In this document: in pieces, positions 19,821-30,500 of the stretch
How positions within the stretch are numbered: the stretch's first letter is position 1
Layout of the letters: each line of letters starts with the position of its first letter
NCBI GenBank assembly: GCA_046597055.1
Contig: JBKJLC010000278.1
Span: 25,766 to 89,765 of the forward strand
Origin: Kofleriaceae bacterium
Lineage (GTDB): Bacteria; Myxococcota_A; Polyangia; Haliangiales; Haliangiaceae
DNA: 64,000 nucleotides
Direction: 5' to 3'
The notes under the pieces: model-generated
Database searches by the model: none
The model's input: only the letters and a program-made list of their open reading frames with translations
What the model was told of the DNA's origin: nothing
Translations under genes and position numbers: made by a program

Positions 19821-21002
19821 CTATAAGGGGTCGCGGCGGCGAACGCGCTGGCGCCGGGCGCGCTCCGCCTCGGCGCGCTGGTCGGCGAGGTCGGTGAGCG
19901 CCTCGGCCAGCGCGGGCAGGTAGTCGGGGTTGCGGCCGAGCGCCGCCGCGTCGAGGATCGTGGGCGCGATCGCCACGCCGAGCCGGGGGATCGCACCGAC
20001 CTGGTCGCGCAGCATGCGCACGCGCGGCGCCCGCTCCCAGGTGTCGACGTGGACGACCGACGCGAGGACCAGCGCGCCCTCGACATCGCGGACGATCGAC
20101 GTCGCGAACAGCCAGCGTCCATCGACCGACCACGCCGGCGCGCCCTCGTCGGTCGCCTCCAGGCCGATCCCGGACGGCGCGCGTGCGCGGGTGGCGGCGT
20201 CATCGGCGTCCGGGTCGAGCGCTTCGACCACGACGTCGAGATCGCGGCCACCGTCGGCACGCACGCGCGCGGTCACGTAGGCCAGGTACCGGCCGTCGGG
20301 CGACAGGACCGGCGACCCATCGGCGGGCCCATCGGTCAGCGCGACTACCGCGCCGTCGACGGTCCGCGCGGCGATGAAGCTGCGCGGCGGGTCGCGCTCG
20401 ATGACCTGGAAGATGACCCGACCCGCGGCGACGGTCGGCGCCAGCTCCTGGCCGGGGCCGTCGGTCAGGGCCACCGGCGGACCGGCCGGGCGCGCGCCGC
20501 GGCGGTCGATCACCATCGGCAGGCGATAAAGATCGAGATCACCGCCGCCGTCGCGATCGCTCGCGAAGATGATCGAGCCGTCCGGGGCCCACACCGGATC
20601 GACCTCGCGGGCGAGACCGTCGGTCACCGGCACCGCGGGGGCCTCGGCGACCGCCGGGGCCACCCACAGGCGGGGACGGCCCTCGGTGCGATCGCGACCG
20701 CGGGCGAAGACCAGCCAGCCACCGCCGGGCGCGAACGCCGGGTGCTCGTCGGCGGCCGGATCGGCCAGGAGTGGGGCGCGGCGGTCGCCGTGCTCGTCGA
20801 CGATCACGAGCCGGCCGGAGCCGGCCCAGGGCTCGGTCAGGACCAGCCGGACCGGCGCGTCGACCGGGGGCTCCGGGACCTGGAGCCCGGCGCATGCCGA
20901 CGTGCCGGCAACCAGGGTCCCGGCGGCGAGCCAGGCGAGCGCACGAGCCTGGCGGATGCGCGGCGTTCGAGGCTTCGAACGCCGGGCGCTAGGGCGCGTC
21001 AG
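19821..21002 (-). CDS. TolB-like PD40 beta-propeller lipoprotein (start uncertain)
   Basis: PD40 repeats (PAFAPGG, PVWAPDG..IIFASDRDG, PVLSPDGRYLAY, PAWSVDGRWL). The frame stays open upstream of 20807 through a lipobox (TSAC); no ATG/GTG/TTG lies upstream of the lipobox, CTG at 21002. Confidence 0.72.
   Translation of the reverse strand: MTRPSARRSKPRTPRIRQARALAWLAAGTLVAGTSACAGLQVPEPPVDAPVRLVLTEPWAGSGRLVIVDEHGDRRAPLLADPAADEHPAFAPGGGWLVFARGRDRTEGRPRLWVAPAVAEAPAVPVTDGLAREVDPVWAPDGSIIFASDRDGGGDLDLYRLPMVIDRRGARPAGPPVALTDGPGQELAPTVAAGRVIFQVIERDPPRSFIAARTVDGAVVALTDGPADGSPVLSPDGRYLAYVTARVRADGGRDLDVVVEALDPDADDAATRARAPSGIGLEATDEGAPAWSVDGRWLFATSIVRDVEGALVLASVVHVDTWERAPRVRMLRDQVGAIPRLGVAIAPTILDAAALGRNPDYLPALAEALTDLADQRAEAERARRQRVRRRDPL
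20961..20984. other. Perfect 10-bp-stem hairpin just downstream of the 83-aa gene
   Basis: cggcgttcga-ggct-tcgaacgccg; no U-tract. Confidence 0.6.
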
Positions 21003-21240
21003 GCGCTTCGGCCTTGGTGCTCTTCTTCTTCAGCTGGTTCATGTCCATGTCCTTCGCGGTGTGGTCCTCCTCGGGGGTGATCCCGAAGTAGACGACGAAC
21101 CCGAGGAGCAGGACGGCGAGCCCCGAGATGAGCCCGATCATCGTCGACTTCGCGAGGGCCTCCTGGGTACGGCGCTCGAAGACCACGAAGGCGGCTTCCT
21201 GATCGGGGGGAAGCGACGTGAAGTTTGAGTATTCGGCCAT
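20989..21240 (-). CDS. Small single-TM membrane protein (83 aa)
   Basis: GAGGGGAG RBS, strong coding bias, one TM helix (MIGLISGLAVLLLGFVVYFGI), Lys-rich tail. Confidence 0.75.
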   Translation of the reverse strand: MAEYSNFTSLPPDQEAAFVVFERRTQEALAKSTMIGLISGLAVLLLGFVVYFGITPEEDHTAKDMDMNQLKKKSTKAEAPDAP

Positions 21241-21356
21241 TTCGGAACTCCCTCGGAACGAATGCTACCGTAAGTGGTGTGGCAGGTCTCGGTCGACGAC
21301 GACACACCGGGACGCGGGCGGGAACCAAGCGGGCCGGCCGGGCGTTGGGAGGATCG

Positions 21357-22391
21357 ATGAGATCCTGGACAGCCGGTCGGACTGGCGCTGAGACACCCCC
21401 CACGCGCGCAGGTTCCTTCTCGTTTGCAGGTGGGATCGCCTGCCTCGTAATCTCGGGAGCTTGTGTATCCCCGGACCCGGCTCGCGCCGACCGGCCGGAG
21501 GGCGAGGCGCGCCGGGACCACACGGTTCAGGGTGCCCCACCGGCCGGCGAGACCTGCCTCGGGGTCACCGATCACGGAATCTGGTCGGATCTCGACGATC
21601 GGCTGCAGCTGGCGCTGCCGGCCGATCTCGACCGCGGCCGGGTGCGCGCGACGATCGACGCGCCGCACCGGATGCTGGTGCTGTGGGTCGACGGCTGGCC
21701 GGCCAAGCCGTACCCCTTGCTGGCGAGCCCGGACGGGCCGGCGCTCCAGGTCGGCGCGCACGCCCTGGCGCTGCGCCCCGGTGATCGCGCCGAGCTCGCG
21801 CCACTGCTGACCACCGTCAACCTGGCCGCGGCTGGACCGCAGCGCGATCGCGACCGCGACGGCGTGCCCGATGGGCTCGACGTGCTGATGGGTGCGAAGA
21901 AGGCCGTGCTCAACGCCGACGCCTACACCGAAGGCTACGTGTCGGTGCGATTCCCGATGGGGGACGTGCCCCGCACGATGGGCGTGTGCACGGACGTCAT
22001 CGTGCGCGCGCTGCGCAACGCCGGCCTCGATCTGCAGGCGGCGCTGCAGCGAGACATCCGGCGCTCGCGCCGCTCGTACCCGATGGTGAAGCGGCCCGAT
22101 GGCAGCATCGACCACCGGCGGGTGCGGACCCTCCTGCCCTTCTTCCTGCGCCAGCTCGACCGGCGCAGCGCGGCACTCGACGATGCCGGCGATCCGCTGC
22201 GGCCGGGCGACGTGGTCCTCTTCGACACGTTCCCGGGTCGATCGGGCCCCGACCACATCGGCATCGTGTCGGACCGGATCGGCGAGAGTGGGCATCCGCT
22301 GGTAATCAACAACTGGACCCACGGCACCGTGACCGCCGAGATGGACCTGCTCGGCTGGGTGCCGACCACCCATCGCTTCCGCCTGAAGTAG
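21357..22391 (+). CDS. DUF1287 (YijF-like) protein with N-terminal extension
   Basis: GGGAGG RBS and ATG at 21357; YV...FPMGDVP...GVCTDVIVRA.R..G.DLQ, IDHRRV, PGDVV, HIGIVSD, LVINN. Confidence 0.85.
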   Translation: MRSWTAGRTGAETPPTRAGSFSFAGGIACLVISGACVSPDPARADRPEGEARRDHTVQGAPPAGETCLGVTDHGIWSDLDDRLQLALPADLDRGRVRATIDAPHRMLVLWVDGWPAKPYPLLASPDGPALQVGAHALALRPGDRAELAPLLTTVNLAAAGPQRDRDRDGVPDGLDVLMGAKKAVLNADAYTEGYVSVRFPMGDVPRTMGVCTDVIVRALRNAGLDLQAALQRDIRRSRRSYPMVKRPDGSIDHRRVRTLLPFFLRQLDRRSAALDDAGDPLRPGDVVLFDTFPGRSGPDHIGIVSDRIGESGHPLVINNWTHGTVTAEMDLLGWVPTTHRFRLK

Positions 22392-22438
22392 CCGGGGGCG
22401 ATTGCCCCGAAAGCTGCGGTTCGCTACCGTACCGGCCG

Positions 22439-24085
22439 ATGCGCGTGATCGTCGCGGGCGCGGTCGCCGCTGCCGTCGCTCTGGGGCTGACCGTCATCGG
22501 AGCCGCGCCGACCCGCGCCGACACCGACACCGACGCGGCCGAGCGGACCAACGACAAGGTGGTCATCGATCGGGTCGACGTGCGGCCGTCGATCTTGCCC
22601 GGCCTGGTGCGGGTCCGCGTGCTGGTGTCGGCGACCGAGCGCCGCGGCCAGCGCATGCCGACCGCCGGTGCCCGGCTGGTGGTCACGGTCCCGGGCACAC
22701 AGCCGGTGTTCGTCACCGGCTACTTCGCGACCGCCGACGTCGAGCTGGCGCTGGTCGTGCTGGTGCCGACCACGCTCGAGTTCGAGCCCGAGCTCGAGAT
22801 GATCAAGGGCTACCTCGACACGGACCTGCTCGCGAAACTGAAGTCCCTGGGCCCGCGGCTACGCGTCCAGATCATCGGCTATGGTGGCAACTTCAGCGGG
22901 TCCAAGGGGCTGGTCACCCTCGAGGCCGCGCGCAAGGCGCTCGGCAGCCTGTCCGGTGACGGCAGCGGCGATCCGCCCGACCTGGTCGAGTCGCTCAAGC
23001 GGGCGTTCAAGTCGGCCACCGCCGGACTGCGCGCGCCCAAGAACAAGGGCGCCCTGAGTCGGGCCGCGATCGTGGTGGTGTCGAGCGGCGTGACGATCAC
23101 GGCCGAGAACGAGGACCTGAAGGACGCACTCACCAAGCTCGGCGACGCCGCCGACAAGGCCAACGTGCGGATCCACACCATCGGCTACGCCCCGGTCGCG
23201 AACGACGGCGATCTCCGACCGCGCCGTCCCTTGCTCGCCCTCGGCGAGCTCTCGCTGAAGTCGCGTGGGGTGTTTCGCTGGATCCAGATCGCGTCCGGCT
23301 GGAAGGACGCGCTCGGGCCGCTCGCCGAGCAGATCGCGCTGCAATACGTCGTCACGTTCTTCGCCCCAGAGGAGGAGGTGTCCGGCAAGCGGCTGGTGGT
23401 CGGTGTGCCGGTCGGCGCGACGGCGACACTCGTCGACTCGGCGCCGGTCGTGATCGGCAAGGCGAGGTGCGGCCGGGACGTCTGTGAGGGCAACGCGTAC
23501 TGCGTGAAAGACGAGTGCGTGCAGCGCCGGCTGCAGAGCGGGCGCGGCGCGCTGGCGTGGGTGCTGCTGGTCGGCGGCGTCGGTGCCGGCGCCCTGGTCG
23601 TGGTGCTCGGCGTGATCGCGCTGATCGGACGGCTGCGTCGGCCGTCGGGGCCGCGGCCGATGCCGACCGGGGGCCATCCGCCCGGCTACCCTGGCGGGCC
23701 CGGTCCGCACGGGACGTTCACCGGCGCGCCCGGGACGTTCACCGGCGTGGCCGGCGGATATCCGGCCGCGCCGCCGGTGGCCGCAGCCCCGGTCGGCGGC
23801 CCGCAGTTGATCATCTTGACCGGCCCGGCGGCGGGGACCCGGATGCCGCTGCGGCCCGGCTTCCTGATCGGCAAGGCGCCTGGCAGCGACCTCGACCTGT
23901 CGCACGACGGCTTCGCGTCGACCAACCATGCCCACATCGGCTACCAGGCCGGCGCGTGGACGGTCCATGATCGAGGCTCGACCAACGGCACGTTCTCCAA
24001 CGGGGTGCGGATCACCGAGACCCGCCTTGACCACGGCATGACGATCCGATTCGGCTCGACCGACGTCCGGTTCATCCAGGAGTAG
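22439..24085 (+). CDS. Membrane protein: signal peptide - degenerate vWA-like domain - Cys-rich motif - TM - Pro/Gly linker - cytoplasmic FHA domain
   Basis: FHA motifs IGK..SDL..STNHA, DRGSTNGTFSNG; vWA-like AAIVVVSSG / ANVRIHTIGY; TM helix WVLLVGGVGAGALVVVLGVIALIG. Confidence 0.82.
   Translation: MRVIVAGAVAAAVALGLTVIGAAPTRADTDTDAAERTNDKVVIDRVDVRPSILPGLVRVRVLVSATERRGQRMPTAGARLVVTVPGTQPVFVTGYFATADVELALVVLVPTTLEFEPELEMIKGYLDTDLLAKLKSLGPRLRVQIIGYGGNFSGSKGLVTLEAARKALGSLSGDGSGDPPDLVESLKRAFKSATAGLRAPKNKGALSRAAIVVVSSGVTITAENEDLKDALTKLGDAADKANVRIHTIGYAPVANDGDLRPRRPLLALGELSLKSRGVFRWIQIASGWKDALGPLAEQIALQYVVTFFAPEEEVSGKRLVVGVPVGATATLVDSAPVVIGKARCGRDVCEGNAYCVKDECVQRRLQSGRGALAWVLLVGGVGAGALVVVLGVIALIGRLRRPSGPRPMPTGGHPPGYPGGPGPHGTFTGAPGTFTGVAGGYPAAPPVAAAPVGGPQLIILTGPAAGTRMPLRPGFLIGKAPGSDLDLSHDGFASTNHAHIGYQAGAWTVHDRGSTNGTFSNGVRITETRLDHGMTIRFGSTDVRFIQE
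23711..23752 (+). repeat. 21-bp tandem duplication (GTFTGAP/GTFTGVA)
   Basis: gggacgttcaccggcgcgccc followed by gggacgttcaccggcgtggcc. Confidence 0.8.
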
Positions 24086-24090
24086 GAAGC

Positions 24091-26183
<2,093 letters not shown>

Positions 26184-26187
<4 letters not shown>

Positions 26188-26369
26188 CGACCAGGAAGCC
26201 CGTGACCGCAGCCACCACGGCGCGGGGCCGGGGGCCGAGCCGTCGACGGTTGATCGGCGGCGCGCTCGCGGGCGCGCTGGCGGCGGTGCTGCTGCCCGCC
26301 GATACGCTGCGGGGGCGGCCGGAGCCGGATCGGTGGAAAGGCAAGACCCGCTGGATCGGTCACTGCTGA
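26184..26369 (+). CDS. 61-aa twin-arginine-signal-like peptide ending RWIGHC
   Basis: GTG overlaps the amidase TGA (GTGA). Sequence VTTRKPVTAATTARGRGPSRRRLIGGALAGALAAVLLPADTLRGRPEPDRWKGKTRWIGHC. Confidence 0.6.
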
Positions 26370-26410
26370 GGCGCGCCGCCGGACGAGCGTGAGCGGTTGT
26401 CGGGTCGCGA

Positions 26411-26436
26411 CCGGCGATCGCCGGCGCCGGCTTTTT
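26411..26436 (+). terminator. Probable intrinsic terminator
   Basis: ccggcg...cgccgg stem followed by cTTTTT; T-runs are rare in this GC-rich window. Confidence 0.5.
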
Positions 26437-26470
26437 GTCCCCGCCGGCGCGGCGGTGTATCGTCCCCGCC

Positions 26471-27430
26471 ATGGTTCGTACCGGCCTCGTGGCTGCTGTC
26501 CTGCTCCTGCCCGTGCCCGCGCTCGCTCAGACGGCCCCGACCCCTCCGCCCGACGGCGGCGCCGGTAGCGAGGTCGAGCTGGTCGAGGATCCACCGGCGG
26601 CCCCGGGCGCCGATGGCGAGACCGGCGCCGACGAGAACCCCGACGCGCCCCGGCTCGGCGACGAGCCGGTCGAGACCGGCCCCCAGGCGCCGCGCGCCAA
26701 GCAGACCGGGTACCCGATCAGCGAGGTGCTCCGCCCGATCACCCTGCCCGACTTCACGTCGGAGACCAGGCTCGACGTCCGGGTGTTCCCCTCGGACTTC
26801 GACGCCGAGATCGGGCTGCGCGCCCGCTACGGCATCACCCGGCAGGCCCAGGTCGGCGTGCGCTACGCCATCGGCGGCTTCTACGACGATCCGGGCAGCG
26901 CCGAGGACAAGCTCACGTTCAACACCGGCAAGTCGGTCGGCGTCGACTTCCAGTACCTGGTCAAGGACTGGGTCGCCCCGCGGGTCTCGATCCCGATGTA
27001 CGTCGACCCGTTCGCGATCGGCATGACGCTGGGCGCAGCCCTGAAGTTCCGCATCGGCGACAAGCTCGCGCTGGTCGGGTTCGAGGACGTGATCGGCTTC
27101 AAGCTGACCGACAAGTTCTTGCCTGACCTGGAGAACGAGCGGCGCAACGAGTTCGCGGCGCGCAGCCTCGTCACCGGGACCATCAACTCGGACGGCTACC
27201 TGCGGTTCGACTTCGGCGCGGTCTACCAGGCCAGCGACGACCTCGCGATCACCGGTCGGTTCGGCACCACCTTCGACGACTTCACCGACAACGACACCGC
27301 GACCTCGCTCCGGGTCCAGGCGCAGTTCACGCCGCGGCCGCGGGTCGACGTGATCGGGCTGATCGGGTTCGAGGCGCTCGACGAGTCGAGCACCTTGAAC
27401 ATCGGCGGCGCGGTCCAGGTCCGGATCTGA
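26471..27430 (+). CDS. Probable outer-membrane beta-barrel protein
   Basis: Signal peptide (ALA/Q), acidic Pro-rich linker, amphipathic beta-strands ending GGAVQVRI. Confidence 0.72.
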   Translation: MVRTGLVAAVLLLPVPALAQTAPTPPPDGGAGSEVELVEDPPAAPGADGETGADENPDAPRLGDEPVETGPQAPRAKQTGYPISEVLRPITLPDFTSETRLDVRVFPSDFDAEIGLRARYGITRQAQVGVRYAIGGFYDDPGSAEDKLTFNTGKSVGVDFQYLVKDWVAPRVSIPMYVDPFAIGMTLGAALKFRIGDKLALVGFEDVIGFKLTDKFLPDLENERRNEFAARSLVTGTINSDGYLRFDFGAVYQASDDLAITGRFGTTFDDFTDNDTATSLRVQAQFTPRPRVDVIGLIGFEALDESSTLNIGGAVQVRI

Positions 27431-27573
27431 CAGCCGAGCACGAGCGCCGGTGGCCCTGAGCCACGGCTCGCGCAGCGCGCCCGCGGTCGAACGAGATGGG
27501 CGGGCTCGCGGCGAGCACTTCGCCCGGGGAAACCGGAACGAGCTGGGTGGGCGCCTGCGGCGTGCGCGGACGG

Positions 27574-30500
27574 TCAGCCGAGCCGGGCGAGCGCGTCCTT
27601 GAGGGCGGCGTTGCCCGGCTCGATCTCGAGGCCGCGCTGGAACATGCCCTTGGCCTTGGGCGCCTCACCCAGCTCGACGTGGATGACGCCGAGGGCGAGA
27701 TAGACGCCGGCCTTGGTGATGCCGGCGTCGACGTCGACGTTCTGCAGGACCAGCGCGCGGTAGACGCGGCGGGCCTTCTCCCAGTCGCGCGCGGTCATGT
27801 AGAGGCGGCCGAGGCCGGCCATGGTCGACACGTCGGTCGGGTTGACCCGGAACGCCTCCTCGTAGGCAGCCAGCGCGCCGGCAGCGTCGCCGCGCGCCTC
27901 GAGGATGCCGCCCTGGCGCTGCCGGTAGCGGGCGACGTCCTTCATGCGCCGGGCCGCCTTGGCCTCATCGGCGAGCTTGTCGTAGATCGGCGCGGCCCGA
28001 TCGTGCTGGCCGGTGGCGAAGTACAGGTCGGCGAGCGGGGCCAGCACCCGCACGTCGGTCGGCGCCGCCGCCGCGACTCGCTCGAGCACCGGCAGCGCCG
28101 CCGCCGGGTCGCCCAGGCGGCGGTGGACGTCGGCCAGCTCGAGCGCGAGCGGCAGCGCATCGGCGGTGGCGCCAGCCGCCGCGAGGCGGCGGCCGAGCAT
28201 GTCGGCGACCGTGGTCCAGTCGCCCTGATCGCGCGCGACCCGCTCGACCGCGGCGATCGCCGGGCCGTGGGTCGAATCGTGGACCAGGGCCTGCCGGAAG
28301 TGCGCAAGCGCGGTGTCGCGATCGCCCTGCGCCTTGTCCGCGACCTCGCCGAGGCGGAAGAACAGATCGGCCGCGTCGGTACCACGGGGCCCCAAGGCCA
28401 GCGCGCGCTGCAAGATCTCGCCGCACTTGTCCCAGTCGGCCGCCCGCTCGTAGATGCGGGCCAGCCGGGTCAGCGCGGCGACCGAGCCGGGCTCGCGCCG
28501 CAGGATCTTCTCGAGGATCTCGCCGGCGGCATCGGGGTTGTCGAGGCGGCCCTCCCAGATGTCGGCCGCGCGGGCCAGCGCCTGGATCTCGGCCGGGCTG
28601 TCGTCCTGGCTGCCGTGGAGCTCGGCGCGCCGCTCGAGCAGCTCGACCACGTCGTGCCAGCGCTCGGCCTTGCCGAGCAGCCGCTCGAGCTCGCCGTAGG
28701 CGGTGAGCTGGGCGTTCTCGAGGTCGAGCACCGCGTACCAGTGGCCGATCGCGTCGTCGATCGCACCGCGCTCGCGCTCGGCGATCCGGGCCATGGTGCC
28801 GAGCACCGCGACCTTCTCGGCCGAGCTGCGGGCGAGATCGAGGCGGCGGGTCAGGACATCGTGCACCGCCATCCAGTCGCCGGCCCGGGTGTGGACGTCC
28901 TCGAGCGCGGCCAGCGCGCCGCCATCGGTGGGATCGAGGTCGAGCACGCCCTGCCAGGCGCTGGCGGCGGCGGCGACGTCGCCGAGCTCGCCCTCGAGGT
29001 GGGCGATCCGGACGCGCAGCTGCTTCTCTTCGCCGGGGTCGCCGGCGATCCGGGCATGACGGCCGAGCGTGGTCACCAGCGCGCGGCGGTCGCCACGACG
29101 CTCGTGGATCGCGGCCAGCCGGGTCAGCGGCGCCCGATCGTCGTCGGCAATGTCGATGACCGCGTCCCAGGCCAGGATCGCGGCGTCGAGGTCGCCCAGC
29201 CGCTCGCGCAGATCGGCGACCTCGGCCCACAGCGCCTGCTTGCGCGGTGGATCGAAGGCGAGGTCAGCGCGGCGGGCCTGGATCTGGGCCAGGCTGGGCA
29301 GATCGCCCCGCGAGCGATGGATGCGCTCGAGCGCCTCGAGCGCGGGGGCGTGCTCGTCGTCGAGCGCGAGCGCGGCCACGAAGCTGGCGGCGGCGCCGTC
29401 GGCATCGCCGAGGCGGTCGAGCTGCACGGTGCCGAGGTACATCCACAGCGGCAGTGCCTGATCCTCGTGCGCCGACGCGATGCCGTGGACCCGGGCCGCG
29501 ACCTCGGTCCAGCGGCCCTGCTGGGCGGCGAGCCGGTCGAGCTCGCCGAGCGCCTCGCCCGAGGCCGGGTCCTCGGCCAGCCAACCGCCGGCCGCGTCGA
29601 GCGCGCGCACGCCGTCGCCCAGCCGGCCCTCGGCCAGCTGCGCGATGCGCTGGTAGATCGACGCTCGCTCGCTGTGCTCGTCGGTGACCGCCAGCTTGGC
29701 GGCGAGCAGGTCGGTCAGCCGGCCCCATTCACCCTCGCTCTCGTAGAGCGGCTCGAGGGTGTCGATGATCTGCGCGCGCTCGGTGTCGGCTCCGAGCAGG
29801 CGCTCGAGCGAGGCCCGGGCGGCGCCGTGCCGGCTCTGCCGCTCGACCACGCTCTGGTAAGCGTCGACCGCGCCGTGGAGATCCTTCAGCTGGCTCTCGC
29901 GCACGTCGCCGAGCCGGAACAGGAGCTCGGCGGCCTGGGCGTCGCCCTCGGCGACGTCGGCCTCGCGCAGCAGCACCTCGGCCAGCTCGCCCCAGCGGCC
30001 GAGCCGCCACAGGACGCGGTCGAGCGCGAGGAGCGCGCCGTGTTCGTCGACGTGGGTATCGGCGGCGCGGCGGTACGCGATCGCGGCCCGCTCGAAGTCG
30101 GCGAGCGCGTCCTCGTAGAGGCGGCCGAGCCGCATCGCATAGACGTGCTCGAGCTCGCCGCCCAGCCCGCTCTGCAGCCGGCTCTCGAGCAGCGCGGCCA
30201 GCTCCGGCCACGCGCCGCGGGCCTGGGCCAGGCGCTCGAGCGGGGCCAACAGCGCGATCTCGCCGGGCTCCTCGGTCAGCGCGCGCGCCCAGGTCTGACT
30301 GGCCGCGGGCAGGTCGCCGCGCAAGGTCTCGTGGATGTCGGCCAGGGTCGACCACAGGACGCGCCGGCCGTCGCCGACGTCGTCGAGCGAGGCCCGGCTG
30401 TCGAGCCGCCGCTCGGTGACCTTGACCAGCGCATCGTGGTCGCCGACCGCGCGGAAGTGCCGCTCGAGCAGCGGCGCCGCGGCCTCGAGGTGCTCGTCCT

